Positions 38,796 to 52,049 of a DNA stretch of 64,000 nucleotides are shown piece by piece. The position numbers and the translations under genes are program-made. This DNA is from Octopus sinensis. Its lineage: Eukaryota. The first letter of the stretch is position 1, and the number at the start of each line of letters is the position of its first letter. The notes below the pieces were generated by a model. The model was not told the DNA's origin. It made no database searches and was given only the letters and a program-made list of their open reading frames with translations. Where the stretch lies: positions 17,918,001 to 17,982,000 of the forward strand of contig NC_043004.1 of the NCBI RefSeq assembly GCF_006345805.1. The letters are read 5' to 3'.

Positions 38796-39530
38796 CGAGT
38801 GTCGGCTGAGAAGTTCATAGGCTAAGATATTCTCACGAATGAATTTAAGAGGTTTATTTTTCAACACAGACACCCTCTTGCGGTCCCCACACTACTTCTA
38901 TCGGTGTTGCCGTGCTTGGTTAAGAAGCTTCCATCCTGTTGGTAAAAAAAAAGTCATCATTAGTACGATACAGATTCCCAGCCAAATCAAGAGGACAGCG
39001 ACAGTGATAACCAGTTCAAACCACAGTCACGCTCGGCAGCCATTGAAACTAAGAATTTGTGTGTTGGAGCATTGTCCTGATGAAACAAGACTCCTTCCGT
39101 CAGTTATCCAAGGTGTTTGGACTTGACAGCTTTTCGTAACTGTCTCAGCAATTTGACATCGTGCTCTTCATTGATGGTTTGGCATTTTCAAGAAAGTCAA
39201 TAAACACAATACATCACCCAAAACTGAGATCGTCACCCTCCCCGCAGATGAAACGACCTGGGCCTTCTTTCGAGCAAGTGAGGAGGGGTGTTTCCTCTGC
39301 ATGGAATATTTCTTTCTCTTTGGCTCAGTGATAAAGTCAACACTCATCCAGTTGGATTTGCCTGAAACAATGTCAGATTTTTTCCGTGGGGTGAAAAAAC
39401 GTGGCACCCACCGAGTGGAAACCTTCGTCATGCGAAGTGCATTGCGCCGAATATTCTCCACTCTCTCACGGGACATGCTAATAACATTGGTTATTAGCTT
39501 TATAGCCAATGGCTGTCATCCATCAGTTTG
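38796..39530 (-). mobile_element. Internally deleted mariner (related to 352-1644)
   Basis: TA-CGAGTGTCGGCTGAGAAGTTCATAGGCT terminus; KVSTRWVPRFFTP, KKAQVVSSAGRV, VLFHQDNAPTH. Confidence 0.88.
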
Positions 39531-39559
39531 TGCCTCAATTTATCTGCAAGGTCATATAT

Positions 39560-40403
39560 ATATTGTCAATTCCAAATGTCTGCTCCATCCAAGGTAACGG
39601 AAAGTTCTTCAGGATGTCCAGGTACTCCTTTGTGCCGATCTTCAAGTCAGACACAATGAGGTGTGTATCCATGACACTTCCATCATTCGCCACGGCTCCA
39701 ACACCATCACAGAGGCAGGATTCTTAGCCTCAAACACAGGGAACATCACAAGGGCTGTATGCAATCACTCGAGAATTTCTGCGATTCACCACAACGTTCA
39801 CAGTGAACTTGTCATCCACAAATAAGAGTTTGTCTTGCACCTTGATGCTTGATGAATGATAAAAGCTGTGGGCATCTCTCGGCTCTGACTTCTTTGGCCT
39901 TGACTGTTAGGAAATGACGGCGTCGTCGAGCTTAGCTAGTCATGCCAAGGTTTCTGTTCACAGCTCTGGATGCTGTGAACACATTGGAACACATTGCGTT
40001 TCTTTGCAAGAGTTGTCATGGATGTTGATGGGTTAGCTTCAATTGAACGTTTGAGGCCAGCGAGAAGCTTTGGATTGTGCTTCGAAACATTTCGAGTCTT
40101 GTGATGTTTTTATATCTATCTTACCCTCTTCTTTAAATTGTTTATGTACATGATAAACTGTTGCTTTTGGGAGTTTCATCAACTTAACAATTCTATTGGT
40201 AGTGTGCCCGGTGCGCGCTAAAACGACAATGGCAGATCGATTCTGTTGTTCCACGACTTTCTGTTGTCGAATCAGTTCGCTATTTACCTGAAAATTAGAG
40301 GCGAATTAGATTTTCAAGCAAGCAAGGTTTTGTCAAAAAATGAAGTGTTAAACCTATTACGTCAACTGCTTAAAATTGGTCTCAATTTATCTGTAAGCCC
40401 CTG
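39560..40403 (-). mobile_element. Tc1/mariner-superfamily (maT-like) element, 5' part
   Basis: TA-CAGGGGCTTACAGAT terminus at 40403; [26 protein letters not shown] (HTH); LFVDDKFTVNVVVNRRNSR; KNPASVMV. Confidence 0.8.
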
Positions 40404-40441
<38 letters not shown>

Positions 40442-40489
40442 CATATATATATATACGTGTGTGTGTGTATATATATATACGTGTGTATG

Positions 40490-40520
<31 letters not shown>

Positions 40521-40549
40521 ATGTATATATATATGTATGTGTGTATGTG

Positions 40550-40594
<45 letters not shown>

Positions 40595-40615
40595 ATGTAT
40601 ATGTATGTGTGTGTG

Positions 40616-40646
<31 letters not shown>

Positions 40647-40647
40647 G

Positions 40648-40684
<37 letters not shown>

Positions 40685-40914
40685 ATGTATATATATATAT
40701 GTGTGGTGTATGTATATATATGTATGTGTGTATGTGTATATATGTATGTGTGTGTATGTATATATATGTGTGTGTGTGTATGTATATATATGTATGTGTG
40801 TATGTGTATATATATATGTGTGTGTGTATGTATATATATATGTGTGTGTGTATGTATATATATATACATATGTGTGTATGTATGTATATATATATATATA
40901 TATCTATATATATA

Positions 40915-40996
<82 letters not shown>
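40404..40996. repeat. Compound (TA)/(TG)/(TATG) microsatellite
   Basis: Seen directly; source of the 200-300 aa VCVYIY ORFs. Confidence 0.98.
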
Positions 40997-40997
<1 letters not shown>

Positions 40998-41169
40998 GCT
41001 CGGAATGGTCAGTGGCAAGAGAGGAAGAGGCCGACAAAGAACCCGCTGGCTTGACACCGTCAAGAGTGATACCGGAATGGATATAGCCAATCTGAAAGAA
41101 GCGGCCCAGGATAGAACTGACTGGAGGACACTGATCCAACGAGTGACCGAGAGTCGACTTCGACTGAGC

Positions 41170-41175
<6 letters not shown>
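40997..41175 (+). mobile_element. 3' tip of a BovB-like RTE LINE
   Basis: [59 protein letters not shown] followed by a (GA)n tail. Confidence 0.88.
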
Positions 41176-41209
<34 letters not shown>

Positions 41210-41608
41210 TGTGTGTGTGTGTGTGTGTATAATCTTGAAAGAAACAAAAACTGAAAATATTCTGAAGAATGAACATTCATATATAAGCATTATAGATATT
41301 CATATATTTGCAGGACAGAATTACATGGAGTGCAAAAAATGCAAAAAACTATGGGGAGAGTGCATAGCATTTCGGGTCCGACAGCTGTTTCTGGGGGGTG
41401 GAATTATGTTATAATTGTAATGTTAGCAGATGAAGTGTGCATCATCATCTCCATATCATTTCCCCTGGATTTCTCTTATAGCCACACCTTATCCCATGGA
41501 CTTTAGTCCTCGTTAAATATTCCGGAGAGTCATTTCAAATCATTTGAACATTACGTGTTTTCTATACTGAGCATCTTTTTAGCACACCTATTGACACACA
41601 CACACACA

Positions 41609-41690
<82 letters not shown>

Positions 41691-41693
41691 ATG

Positions 41694-41724
<31 letters not shown>

Positions 41725-42693
41725 ATGTGGTGAGTGTATGTATTATGTGTGTGCGTGTGTGTAAAATATACGCCATTGAAGCAGTATTAAATAAAAACAG
41801 CCATCTACGTGTCATATCCAATGCATATATACCGTTGATAGGCAGGTTACTATGGTTTTCGTTCGAGATAAAACCTCTTATAAGAATGTGTTAATTAACA
41901 CATATGTAATTTCGAGAGAGACGAAGAATCATGCTGGAAGCGGCTAGCAACAACATCAGGTTCATTTCGGTTTTATTAGATTTTGTCAGTGACGTGTACT
42001 TACATCCAATCAAATGCCTCGATAAGATTTGTCGCTTTCGATATAGCAAACGTTGAATAATAAATTCCCTTATATTGCAAATGGCCACTGAACTGGATAG
42101 TTATCAGCGAATATATTATTCATTATTTCCTATGTCGGAGGCGAGAAATCTCTTCTAAGCATGTGGCTGGCGAAGAGTACATGTCATTGACAAGGTTTAT
42201 CAAAAACCTATGTACACCTGGTGTTCTCGCATGCCGCTGCGAGGACGATTTTAGTCGACTGATTGAAGTAACTGGGATAATATCATTGACCGGCAGTTTG
42301 TATCTTAAAATCGTACTCCATTAACCGTCATTTTAGTTTCGTGCTGTAAAGGCGCTTGGTTTAGTGGTTAGGGTAATCGACTCGCGGACGTATGTGCGTG
42401 CATACATGTATGCATGCTTGTATGTATGCATGCATCTACGTATATATGCATGCATGCACATATGTATGTAGGCATGTATGCATGCATGTATGTAGGCATG
42501 TATGTATGTATGCATGCATGTATGCAAGTATGTATATAAGTATGTATGCAAGCATGTATTTGTGTGTATGCATGCATGCATGTATGTATGTAGATATGTA
42601 TGTATGATTGCATACCTGCGTGCATCTATGTAAAGAATCCTGTATGGATGTATATAAACAACCAGCTGGTTTGATAGATAGATAGATAGATAG

Positions 42694-42764
<71 letters not shown>

Positions 42765-43429
42765 ATGCTAGACAGACAGATAAGTAGATAGATAAAACGA
42801 TAGTTGCATACATATATGTATACATGAGTACATGCATGTTTTTGTACATGTGCGTACGTGCATGCGCGTTTTTCTCTTCTACCGCACACTTCCTATGCTG
42901 CGTTTCATTTTATTTTGTACTTACATATCTGTAAACACAGATACATACATATTACTTATACACACAGGTATAAGCACGCGCGCATACGCACGGCACAAAC
43001 GCTTACGTGTGTAGGTGTGGGTGAGAGAGAGAGAGAGAGAGAGAATGAAAGTGCGAGATAGTACTAACGTCTAATCGTCCATTCAAGGAGAGCTTTAACT
43101 AGAAAAGGTTATTGAGAAAGTGAAGACGTTTGTATGATTCTTTGCAAATACTTTACTTGCCTGGGGTACAAATATACAAAGTGACTAAAAATTGACAACT
43201 ATGCATTCACAGTAATTTTTTAAAAACATATTCTATACCTAATAGAATGAAATCTTGCGTAAGCAATATCCTTGTGAGTACTGGCATTAAATCGAAAATT
43301 GCATTCATCTTGTTGTTGCTGCTGCTGCTACTACTACTACTACAGGTGCAGGGCATAACAGAGACCGGACCTTGTTGTGGTCGATAAGATGCACCACATG
43401 TGCTATACAGTTGATGTTGTGTTCCCCTT

Positions 43430-43725
43430 TGACCCACGAATCATCAAGTAGGAAGATGAAAACTAGATAGATACAATCCTCTTAAGTACAAAATAGCCAG
43501 GCTGTAGAAAATGAAGAAGGTGAAGATAGTGCCAATTATTGTTGGGTCTTTGGGGACAGTACAGAAGGCATCAAGAGTAATATAAAGTAATATGGAATAG
43601 AGTGTCCAGCAGAACTGTTACAAAAGGTTTGCCTCCTTGGCATGGCCAGAATAATCAGAAGAGTATTAGATAGTTGAAAAAAGCAGACAGCATGGTACCG
43701 TGGGCTATAGGCAACAAGACCGCTA
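43430..43725 (+). mobile_element. 3' end of a second RLE-type (R4/Dong-like) LINE family
   Basis: EDEKLDRYNPLKYKIARL*KMKKVKIVPIIVGSLGTV...LLQKVCLLGMARIIRRVLDS*. Confidence 0.8.
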
Positions 43726-43739
43726 TCCCTTCCTACCCC

Positions 43740-43900
43740 CCTCCTCGGAACTTTCCAGGAAGTAATTAATCCCCCTCCTCGGAACTTTCCAGGAAGTAAT
43801 TAATCCCCTTCCTCGGAACATTCCAGGAAGTAAGTCCTTCCCTTCCTCGGAACTTTCCAGGAAGTGAGTCCTTCCTCGGAATTTTCCAGGAAGTAAGTCT
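43740..43900. repeat. Five-copy 34-bp (last 29-bp) hairpin tandem repeat
   Basis: CCTCGGAA at 43743, 43777, 43811, 43845 and 43874. Confidence 0.95.
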
Positions 43901-44004
43901 TCCCCTTCAGTTTTTTCTCTGTCAGGAAGACACTCGGCAAGAAATGGAAAGAATTGAAAGAAGATGCTAATGAAAATGATAATAATAGTAATAATAGTAA
44001 GGCG

Positions 44005-44215
44005 CCGAGCTGGAAGAAACGTTAGCACACCGTTCGAAATGCTTTGTGGTATTTCGTCTGTCTTTATGTTCTGAGTTCAAACTCCGCCGAGGTTAACTTT
44101 GCCTTTCATCCTTTCCGGGTCGATAAATTAAGTACCAGTTGCGTACTGAGGTTGATCTAATCGACTGGTACCCTCCCCAAAAATTTCGGGCCTTGTGCCT
44201 AGAGTAGAAAAAAAA
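44005..44215 (+). mobile_element. SINE family C
   Basis: GCCGAGCTGGAAGAAACGTTAGC..GAGTTCAAACTCCGCCGAGG..GTCGATAAATTAAGTACCAG. Confidence 0.85.
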
Positions 44216-44419
44216 TAGTAATAATAATGTCCATTGAGGATGGTACAAGACAATACCTCTTGGGTAACGTGAATAATTGTGTATAAATGAGGATAACAAT
44301 AACAAAGAAACAATAAATTCAAAACAATAGATAATTCCCCAAAAGAAAGGAAGCCTCATGAAAACCCCACGAAACTACGTTTACTCTGACCACTAAGGCA
44401 AGTGCCGATATTTTCCTAT

Positions 44420-45130
44420 TCTCTTTCTATCCACATGCGCATGTACAGAATAGACCCGTTCACTCGGACCTTACTCGCTAGTCTCATCCAGCTCTCAAGA
44501 AATTTCCTAGGAAGCAGCCGTTCCCTCTCTACCCTCACTTTTCTTTCAAGTGAAGCTTGAAAATGTTAATGAGGGTTTGGTCAAAGTGGAAGGTGTCTGT
44601 CTTTAACCCTTGCAGCCTATTCCGCTAAACTTCTTTCGCTAAAGTCACCAGAGAGATAAACAACGCCGCTCTTTCCCCACAAGGGCAGGCGAAGGGACTA
44701 TTTTCATACTGGGCTCAGACGATAGCTACATCTGTGCCACACAAGTGACGGCAGTTGCTCGAAGTTATTCCACAAGTCAGTTATATTCGGGTATAAGTGC
44801 AGAACAGTTTTGATGTTCTGTGCGCATATCGGGCAAACCCAATTAACAGTACTTCTGAGTATGTAGAGTGTATCTTGAGCGGACGATGCTCCAAGTGGCA
44901 TTCTTTGGTCAAGAATTTCTGGAAATTCTTCGAGGTAAAACTTGATCAGAGAAGATTCTTTGCCTTCCCTAAGTGCCTATATTTTCCCTCCATTCTAGTT
45001 TTTTCTCTCGCTACAGCTTCACTGAATCTTATAAAGTCTATTCCCAACCCTCTTTTCAGAGTCATCAAGCATTTGCTGTTGACGATAGTTCCCGTCAACG
45101 CCCGCTTAACTAATTTGTTAATCAGTTCTC
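44420..45130 (-). mobile_element. Decayed L1/Tx1-clade LINE C-terminus
   Basis: VCPICAQNIKTVLHLYPNITDLW (zinc-knuckle-like) and FQASLERKVRVERE; many stops. Confidence 0.55.
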
Positions 45131-46288
45131 TCTAAGCTTGGTGTTCAGCGAGCGACACGTTCAGTTTCTAATAATCGGATCCCTACATACGAAGCATATC
45201 TAAATAGACCGTACGATCACAAATTTGTAATCTAAGTAGCCGACGATTTCAAACTGTGGACAACCTAGGCTATCTTTATTCAATGGTCTACAAAATATTC
45301 TATCTAGATACGATCGGAGTTATCCAATGAGATGTACTCATATGCTCCTTGTCACATTCGGGAAATCCAGTCGGTACTTGTCAGGTAACTGGAAACGTAT
45401 GAAGAAGTTTGCGAGGCTTTTTCACACACCACTCCTATCAGTTAGCCACGCACGTTTCAAACACGTGTCCAAAATGGCGTTCCAATCGCGCACAAGCACT
45501 AAAGAGTGGGAAAGTCCGAAGAAAACCCCCAGATACCTGAAGAAATAAAAACAATAATAAAAAACTTTAAAAATAATGATGATGAAAAAAAAAGGCATCG
45601 GAGAGGCAATACATACCCAGCGCGCAGTTGAAATATTACGCAACTTATATTGTGGCTTACAATGCGTTGCTTGCCCATGCTTTTTAATTGAACTTAATCA
45701 TTATTTTTTTAAGTGTCACCATTATAGGTATTTATACTCCAGTGAAATTAAGAAATCAACACGTAAATAATCGAAACCCTCTAATCCATCACTGTACATA
45801 CACACATACGTGCGCGCACACACACATACAGAATCGCATATCTATGTATTTATGTATGTATATACCCACTCGTGTCTACGCATATAGGTACACCATGATC
45901 TATATACACGCAGACGAGGGTCGATTCATATGAAAAAGAAAGTGAACAAAATGAAATACTTGTATAAAATATTGCATAAAAATTTGAGAAGTGCTTCACC
46001 ATTATAGGTATTCATACTCAAGTGAAATTAAGAAATCAATTCATAAATAATCGAAACCTTCTAATCCATCACTGTACACACACACACACAGAGTCGCATA
46101 TCTATGTATGTATTTATGTATGTTTGAAGATAATCAAACCAAATTTTCATCGTTTAGAGCCACTCACCCAATGGATATTGCTGCCAAATTTAGTGAAAAT
46201 TCGTTCGGCCGTTATCCAGTAATTTTGCAAACACGCAGACAGACGAAGACGAGTGATTACAATACCCTGCTTTCGCTCACGCGCACAG

Positions 46289-46351
<63 letters not shown>

Positions 46352-47049
46352 GCATATTATAAGAAATGCAATTATGACTCAATATTAACAGTTGTCGTGT
46401 ACTTTTGAATGGTATCATCGTTTTTCTGTATATCATAGTTATAAATATAGAACAGTAAATGAAATTATATTGTTATCTTAAAGAAGAATTCACATTGAAT
46501 TCATAATAAACAATCATTTATTCAATTCTTCATATAAACAAACATCCACTACTTTCGAACTACATCGTTTGTATTTTTAAAATTGGGAATATTAAATGAC
46601 AAACTTTTCACTGGAATGGAAAGTAAAAAGAAATTCTATGTAAAATGTATGGATGTATATCAAGGAAACAAAAATAGTCATTAGAATTGAATCAATGAAA
46701 TAACATAGCTCTCCGTACTGTGGAAAGAGGGGAAAATCCTGGGGTTTCTGGAGGAGAGAACCTCATTCCTTCAAAGAAAGGGCATTTTATGTTGAAGGTT
46801 TATAAAGTCGATATAATCGATTCCAGTAACTTGTCTAGTACTTTACCGACGGCGGGAAACTAAAAACAGAATCAACTTTGTTGGGAGCTGACTGCAGAAT
46901 GTAATTGAACGGGATTAAATACTGTAAGGTAATTTACATCCTACGTTATTTAGTTACGTTTAGTAAGGCCGTCTCAACCCTACGATGAAGACTTTGAGCT
47001 CACAGTTATTAGAGCGCTGGATGAAAATGCTAAGCAGCATTGCTACTGG

Positions 47050-47350
47050 CTCTGAGGCGACGAGCTTGGCGGAATTGTTAGGACGCCGGGCAAATTGCTA
47101 AGCAGCACTTCATCCATCTTCACGTTCTGAGTTCAAATTCAGCCGGGGTCAACTTCGCCTTTCACCCTTTCGGGGTCGATAAAATATATATCAGTTGAAC
47201 ACCGAAGTCGATGTAATCGACTCACCCCCTGCCACAAAATTGCTGTCCTTGCGGCAAAATTTCAGACAAACATTTCTTTCAGCTCTTTACGTTGTGAGTT
47301 CATTTCCCGCCGAAATCAACTTTGCCTTTCATCTCGTTCAGATCGATAAA
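47050..47350 (+). mobile_element. SINE family C, diverged, with partial duplication
   Basis: GGCGACGAGCTTGGCGGAA..GAGTTCAAATTCAGCCGGGGTCAACTTCGCCTTTCACCCTTTCGGGGTCGATAAAA. Confidence 0.8.
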
Positions 47351-47419
47351 ATAAAGTATGAGTCAAATGGTAGACGGACAATTTGTCAACAGACAGTTGA
47401 CCGACAGACAACTTACAGA

Positions 47420-47740
47420 CAGGACAATTGTATGGTATGGTGCAGAGTCCTGTTGCCAGACATAGGGTGTTCCAGCAGTCACCCTCTTGGCCTAAGGCAG
47501 CACAACCTCTTCCAGGCACTTGATGTAGGTCTCTGTGTTGAGTCTGAGGCTGTTTGGGAATTGACTGTAGGCGAATTGTCTGCTCACGGAGTCCATATAC
47601 TGAGGCTGATGAAATCGCCTTTGTCACCTTCCCTCAAAATTTCCGGTCCTGAACTCTGCGATGAATCAGTATCCAGGCCAGGGGCAATGTTCTGATTTCA
47701 GTTACTTATACGCCGTGGAAACCATACAACCGGTCTTACG
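47420..47740 (-). mobile_element. maT/DD37D-like transposase fragment
   Basis: FPNSLRLNTETYIKCLEEVVLP*AKRVTAGTPYVWQQDSAPYHT. Confidence 0.75.
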
Positions 47741-48364
47741 AACCCTAGACAACAAGAAAAACACAAACACTTAATGCATTGTTCTTCATGTTCACTTCAA
47801 AATCATTTTCAATTAGAAATCACTATTGTGAAGTTAATTAGCGTATTTATGGCATAATCTATTCATCATTCTTTGTAATTAGTATCACTAATTAGCCATA
47901 CCTTTCAATAGATTACAGACTGCTGATTAATTTTATTCCTTTCTCTTTCTTTCGTTTTCTGTATCTTTCTGTCTGTCAGTCTTCCTCTCTCTCTCTCCCC
48001 CCACACAAACATGCATAGACAACGTGATAAACATATACACACACAATTTACATGTGCGTGTGTGTGTAATATATATATGTATGTATACACACACAGAGAG
48101 GCATACATTTACTTACATAATAAAGGGAAAAGAATGGACAGCTCAAAACATTGCTACATGCGTTTCAATAGCTGCTAATGTTTTCAACAATGCTTAATAT
48201 TTCATGATATTGCGTAATTTTAAATTATTGCAGACCTCCGTCGTTTTTATGCAATAAGGAAAATTACATCATATTATGCAATATTATACGTTGTTGAATA
48301 AACGACCCCGTTATTGAAACGCGTGTAGCAATATTTTGAGCTGTCCACTCTTGTTGTATATACA

Positions 48365-48780
48365 GTATTCATTTGACTGCGGCCATATTGGAGCACCGCT
48401 TTTAGTCGAAAAAATCGACCCCAGGACTTATTTTTTGAAAGCCTAGCACTTATTCTATCGTACATTTTTGCTGAACCGCTAAGTTACGGGGACGTAAACA
48501 TACCAGCATCGGTTGTCAAGCGATGGCACAAACACAGACACACAAATACATACATACACGTGTGTGTGTGTGTGTGTGTGTGTATAAACACACGACGGGA
48601 TTCTTTCAGTTTCCGTCTACTAAGTCTACTCACATGGCTCTGGTCCGCCCAAGGTGCCATGCAGTGGAACTGAACCCGGAACCATGTGGTTGGGAAGCAA
48701 GTTTCTTACCACACAGCCTGCGCCTAACCACACAGCCTGCGCCTAACCACACAGCCTGTGCCTAACCACACAGCCTGAGT
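48365..48780 (-). mobile_element. SINE family A with a 19-bp tandem amplification at its 5' end
   Basis: CCACACAGCCTG(C/T)GCCTAA repeated about 4 times at 48708-48778. Confidence 0.85.
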
Positions 48781-49299
48781 TCGATAAATTAAAGTACCTA
48801 GAATGAAGTCAAAACACTTTATTGATAAACAAGTGTAGTTTCTAAAACAACTCTTAAAATGAACGTCTCTTGAAAGTTATATTACTAACAATAAAAATCC
48901 TAGATAAGAAGCTGTTATTTTAAAAACTTAACTGATAAATATTTCATAAATTTTAACTGAAAGTCAAGTACGCATAAACGCTGTATTGTATTGATAATAA
49001 TTAAAACTTATATGATTAAATCTTAAATTTCTTCAGACTTTTGTAAATCCTGCTTGTCTTTCGGTTTAAATATATCGACATACAGATCTGGATAACTAGA
49101 TGAGGTTGCTACTTCTCTTAAATCTTCACAAAACTTTATCTTCGCTTTTTTTTTTACCACAACAAACCGTCTTTCTCAATCATTGCATGTAAAATACAGC
49201 ATTTTAAAAATGATATACAAGTTCTTTCATGAAAACTGCCCCAACACTTTATCGGAAACTTGCCCAACGTATCCATCAGTGGAAGGCAAATATCGAACT

Positions 49300-49620
49300 G
49301 ACACCCTGTTGCTTACGAGGATAGGGGTTCAATTGATCTGATCAATGGAAAAAGCTGCTCGTGGAATTAACGTGCAAAGTGGTTGAGTGCTTCAAAGACA
49401 CATGCACCCTGAACGTAGTTGTCAGGCAGATTCTGCGTGACACAGAATGTGACAAAGCTGGCCCATTGAAGTACAGATACAATTTATTTTTGCCAGTTGA
49501 CTGGACTGGAACAATGGGAAATAAAGTGTCTTGCTCAAGAACACAACACGCCATCGGGAATCGAACTCACCACTTTTCGATCGTGAGCCCAATACCCTAA
49601 CCACTAACCCATTCAGGGTG
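49300..49620 (-). mobile_element. SINE family B
   Basis: Reverse complement of GTGGTTAGGGTATTGGGCTCACGATC..GAGTTCGATTCCCG plus body. Confidence 0.85.
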
Positions 49621-50112
49621 AATATTACCATTTACTTCCATTAACCACTCGTTTGTTCGGCTTCAAAGTAGACTTGGGGTGGTTGACTTGAAAATAAACA
49701 TAGACGCAGGCTTGGCTGTATGATGAAACGACTCGCTTTGCAATAACATTCAGATTCAGTTCCATAGCGTGGTACCTTGGGCAAGTACCTTCTACTACAC
49801 CCTCTAGCCAGCCAGTGTCTTGTGACAGGACTATATAGATGGAAACTGTGTGGAAGCCCATATGTGTGGATAAAGGCATATGTATATTCTTTATTTCTAA
49901 ATTTGGTATTAAGCCAGCATTTAGGGGTGGAGAGAGGGAGTAAATCGATTACATTGACTCCAGTACTTGACTGGCACTTTATATTATCGACCTTGGAGGG
50001 GTGGAGGACAAAATGTACGTCGGTGGAATTTGAACTTAGAGTATAATAAATCGTTAGGTATTTTGTCCGACACGCTAAGGATTCTGACAGCTTTCTTTAC
50101 ACATACACTCAT

Positions 50113-50220
50113 GCCCCTTTATATATATATATGCATAGTTCAGTCGGTAGAACATCAGACTTTTAAGAACTGTCGTGTGATGAAATCTGAGGATCGCAGG
50201 TTCAGGTCCTTCTGCGGGCG
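50113..50220 (+). tRNA. trnK: tRNA-Lys(TTT) pseudogene with a 19-nt intron at 37/38
   Basis: D stem GTTC/GAAC, anticodon stem TCAGA/TCTGA, CT-TTT-A, intron 50166-50184, T arm GCAGG-TTCAGGT-CCTTC, 3' acceptor TGCGGGC-G; 5' strand GCCC|GCA split by 16 nt of TA-rich sequence. Confidence 0.85.
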
Positions 50221-50233
50221 ATAAGATTTGTCT

Positions 50234-50647
50234 AGGCGTAGAAGTGGCTGTGTGGTAAGTAGCTTGCTTACCAACCACATGGTTCTGGGTTCAGTCCCAC
50301 TGCGTGACACCTTGGCCAAGTGTGTTCTACATTAGCTTTGGGCCGACCAAAGCCTTGTGAGCGGATTTGGTAGACGGAAACTGAAAGAAGACCGTCTTAT
50401 ATATGTATATATATATATGTGTGTGTGTATGTATGTTTGCGTGGCTGTGTTTGTCTCCCCCCCAACATCGCTTGAAAACCGATGCTGGTATGTTTATGCC
50501 CTCGTAACTTAGCGGTTCGGCAAAAGAGACCGATAGAATAAGTACTAGGCTTACAAAGAATAAGTCCTGGGGTCGATTTACTCGACTAAAGGCGGTGCTT
50601 CAGCATGGCCGCTGTCAAATGACTGAAACAAGTAAAAGTGTAAAAGA

Positions 50648-50648
<1 letters not shown>
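50234..50648 (+). mobile_element. SINE family A, complete
   Basis: AGGCGTAGAAGTGGCTGTGTGGTAAG...GACTGAAACAAGTAAAAG. Confidence 0.92.
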
Positions 50649-50709
<61 letters not shown>

Positions 50710-52049
50710 ATTTCTTCTTCGTTGCCGCCGACTCTTTTCTCAACTACTACTGCTGCTGCTTAAACAATCAAAAACAAGAATTCATATCAGATATTAGGAC
50801 TACTACTACTACCTGCTGCCCACTACATAGAACTCCCATGAGTAAAAAAATAGAGATAGAGACAGACAGAAAGGAAAATGTCCCTTGCATTTGAAAACTA
50901 TGGAAATATTTTATAAAACATTTCATTTAATATTTCCACAATTTAATTGTTTTTCATGCTTTACTCTAAGTTGAAAAAGTCGCGAAGATTGAAACTGGTA
51001 CTAAAATACTCTTCATGATAAAATTATTTTAGCATTTTTTACCTTGTCTTATTTTCCTTATATACAAAATGACGCGAACAAATCGTGCTTTTTATATATA
51101 TATATAAAGCATGATTTATTCGTGATCAGAGGCGTTCGTAAACCGAGGCACGACTGTATTAAATGAATATGAGAAAGATGGGAGATAAAGTATGATTTAT
51201 TCGTTATCAGAGTTGTTCGTAAACCGAGGTTCTACAGTGTATGCATCTCTCCCAGTTTTGTTTCTAGTTGCCCATATTTCACTTATAGTTTTTCACATAT
51301 TCATGTACATTAAAATTCATAATTGCGCCAATGAACACCTATCCAAATTGTATTCTAGTCTAACATAATCTAACTCTTCTTTTCTAATCTCTTTAGCCAA
51401 CCACTTTTCTCATCCTACAGTCTCCTATTTCGCCTGACAAATGACGTATTTGAACACATTTCTTTTACTTACATAAAACACTTTACCGCCGTCAGTTTCC
51501 GTCCGTCCTTTCGTATCTCCTTTCTCACATACCTACCAGAGGGTGTAGTAGAAGGTACTTGCTCTTCTACACTAATTAACAATCTCGGTGATCATAGTTT
51601 TAGCAATTTCCAACCGTTTCATTTGCAATATTTTGTGCTTTCCTTTCTTAAATTTTCCCTAATAATAAGTAACATATCTGTACATCTTTTTCGTTCCCAA
51701 ATTTTGCTGTGTCTGTTTCTTCCCATAATGCCAAGATCCATTTACATAACTTTGTCACTTTTCTGCATTTCCATACCTCCACCTGGACATGTGTTTTAAA
51801 ATTTCCAGTGGTCTCCCTTTTCAAGAAAACGTAGTAAATGTTTCACGAGCACTCGAACAAACAGAGTCCTCAGCAGGTCTCAAAAGACACATGTGTAATA
51901 TATATATAATTAGTCAACATTATATTGCACAGTAGCGTATGCGTTAAAAAGAATTCGATACATTGAAAATACTTTAGCATGGACCTATTCGACTCTGTCC
52001 AGTTAAGTTCACCGGTCTATTTCTACATTATTAAATACACACCAAATTC

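Noticed and set aside
40246-41290. Long ORFs of 200-300 aa (and similar ORFs at 4712-5336, 15471-16136, 26391-27023, 42333-42889)
   Set aside because: They are translations of (TA)/(TG)/(CA) microsatellites, which lack stop codons; only 40997-41175 is real (LINE) coding sequence.
41930-42330. Promoter-like cluster (TGACGT, CCAAT) in unique sequence
   Set aside because: Short motifs are expected by chance and no linked exon is identifiable.
43740-43900. Palindromic ~34-bp repeats resembling a CRISPR array
   Set aside because: No unique spacers, no cas genes, eukaryotic context.
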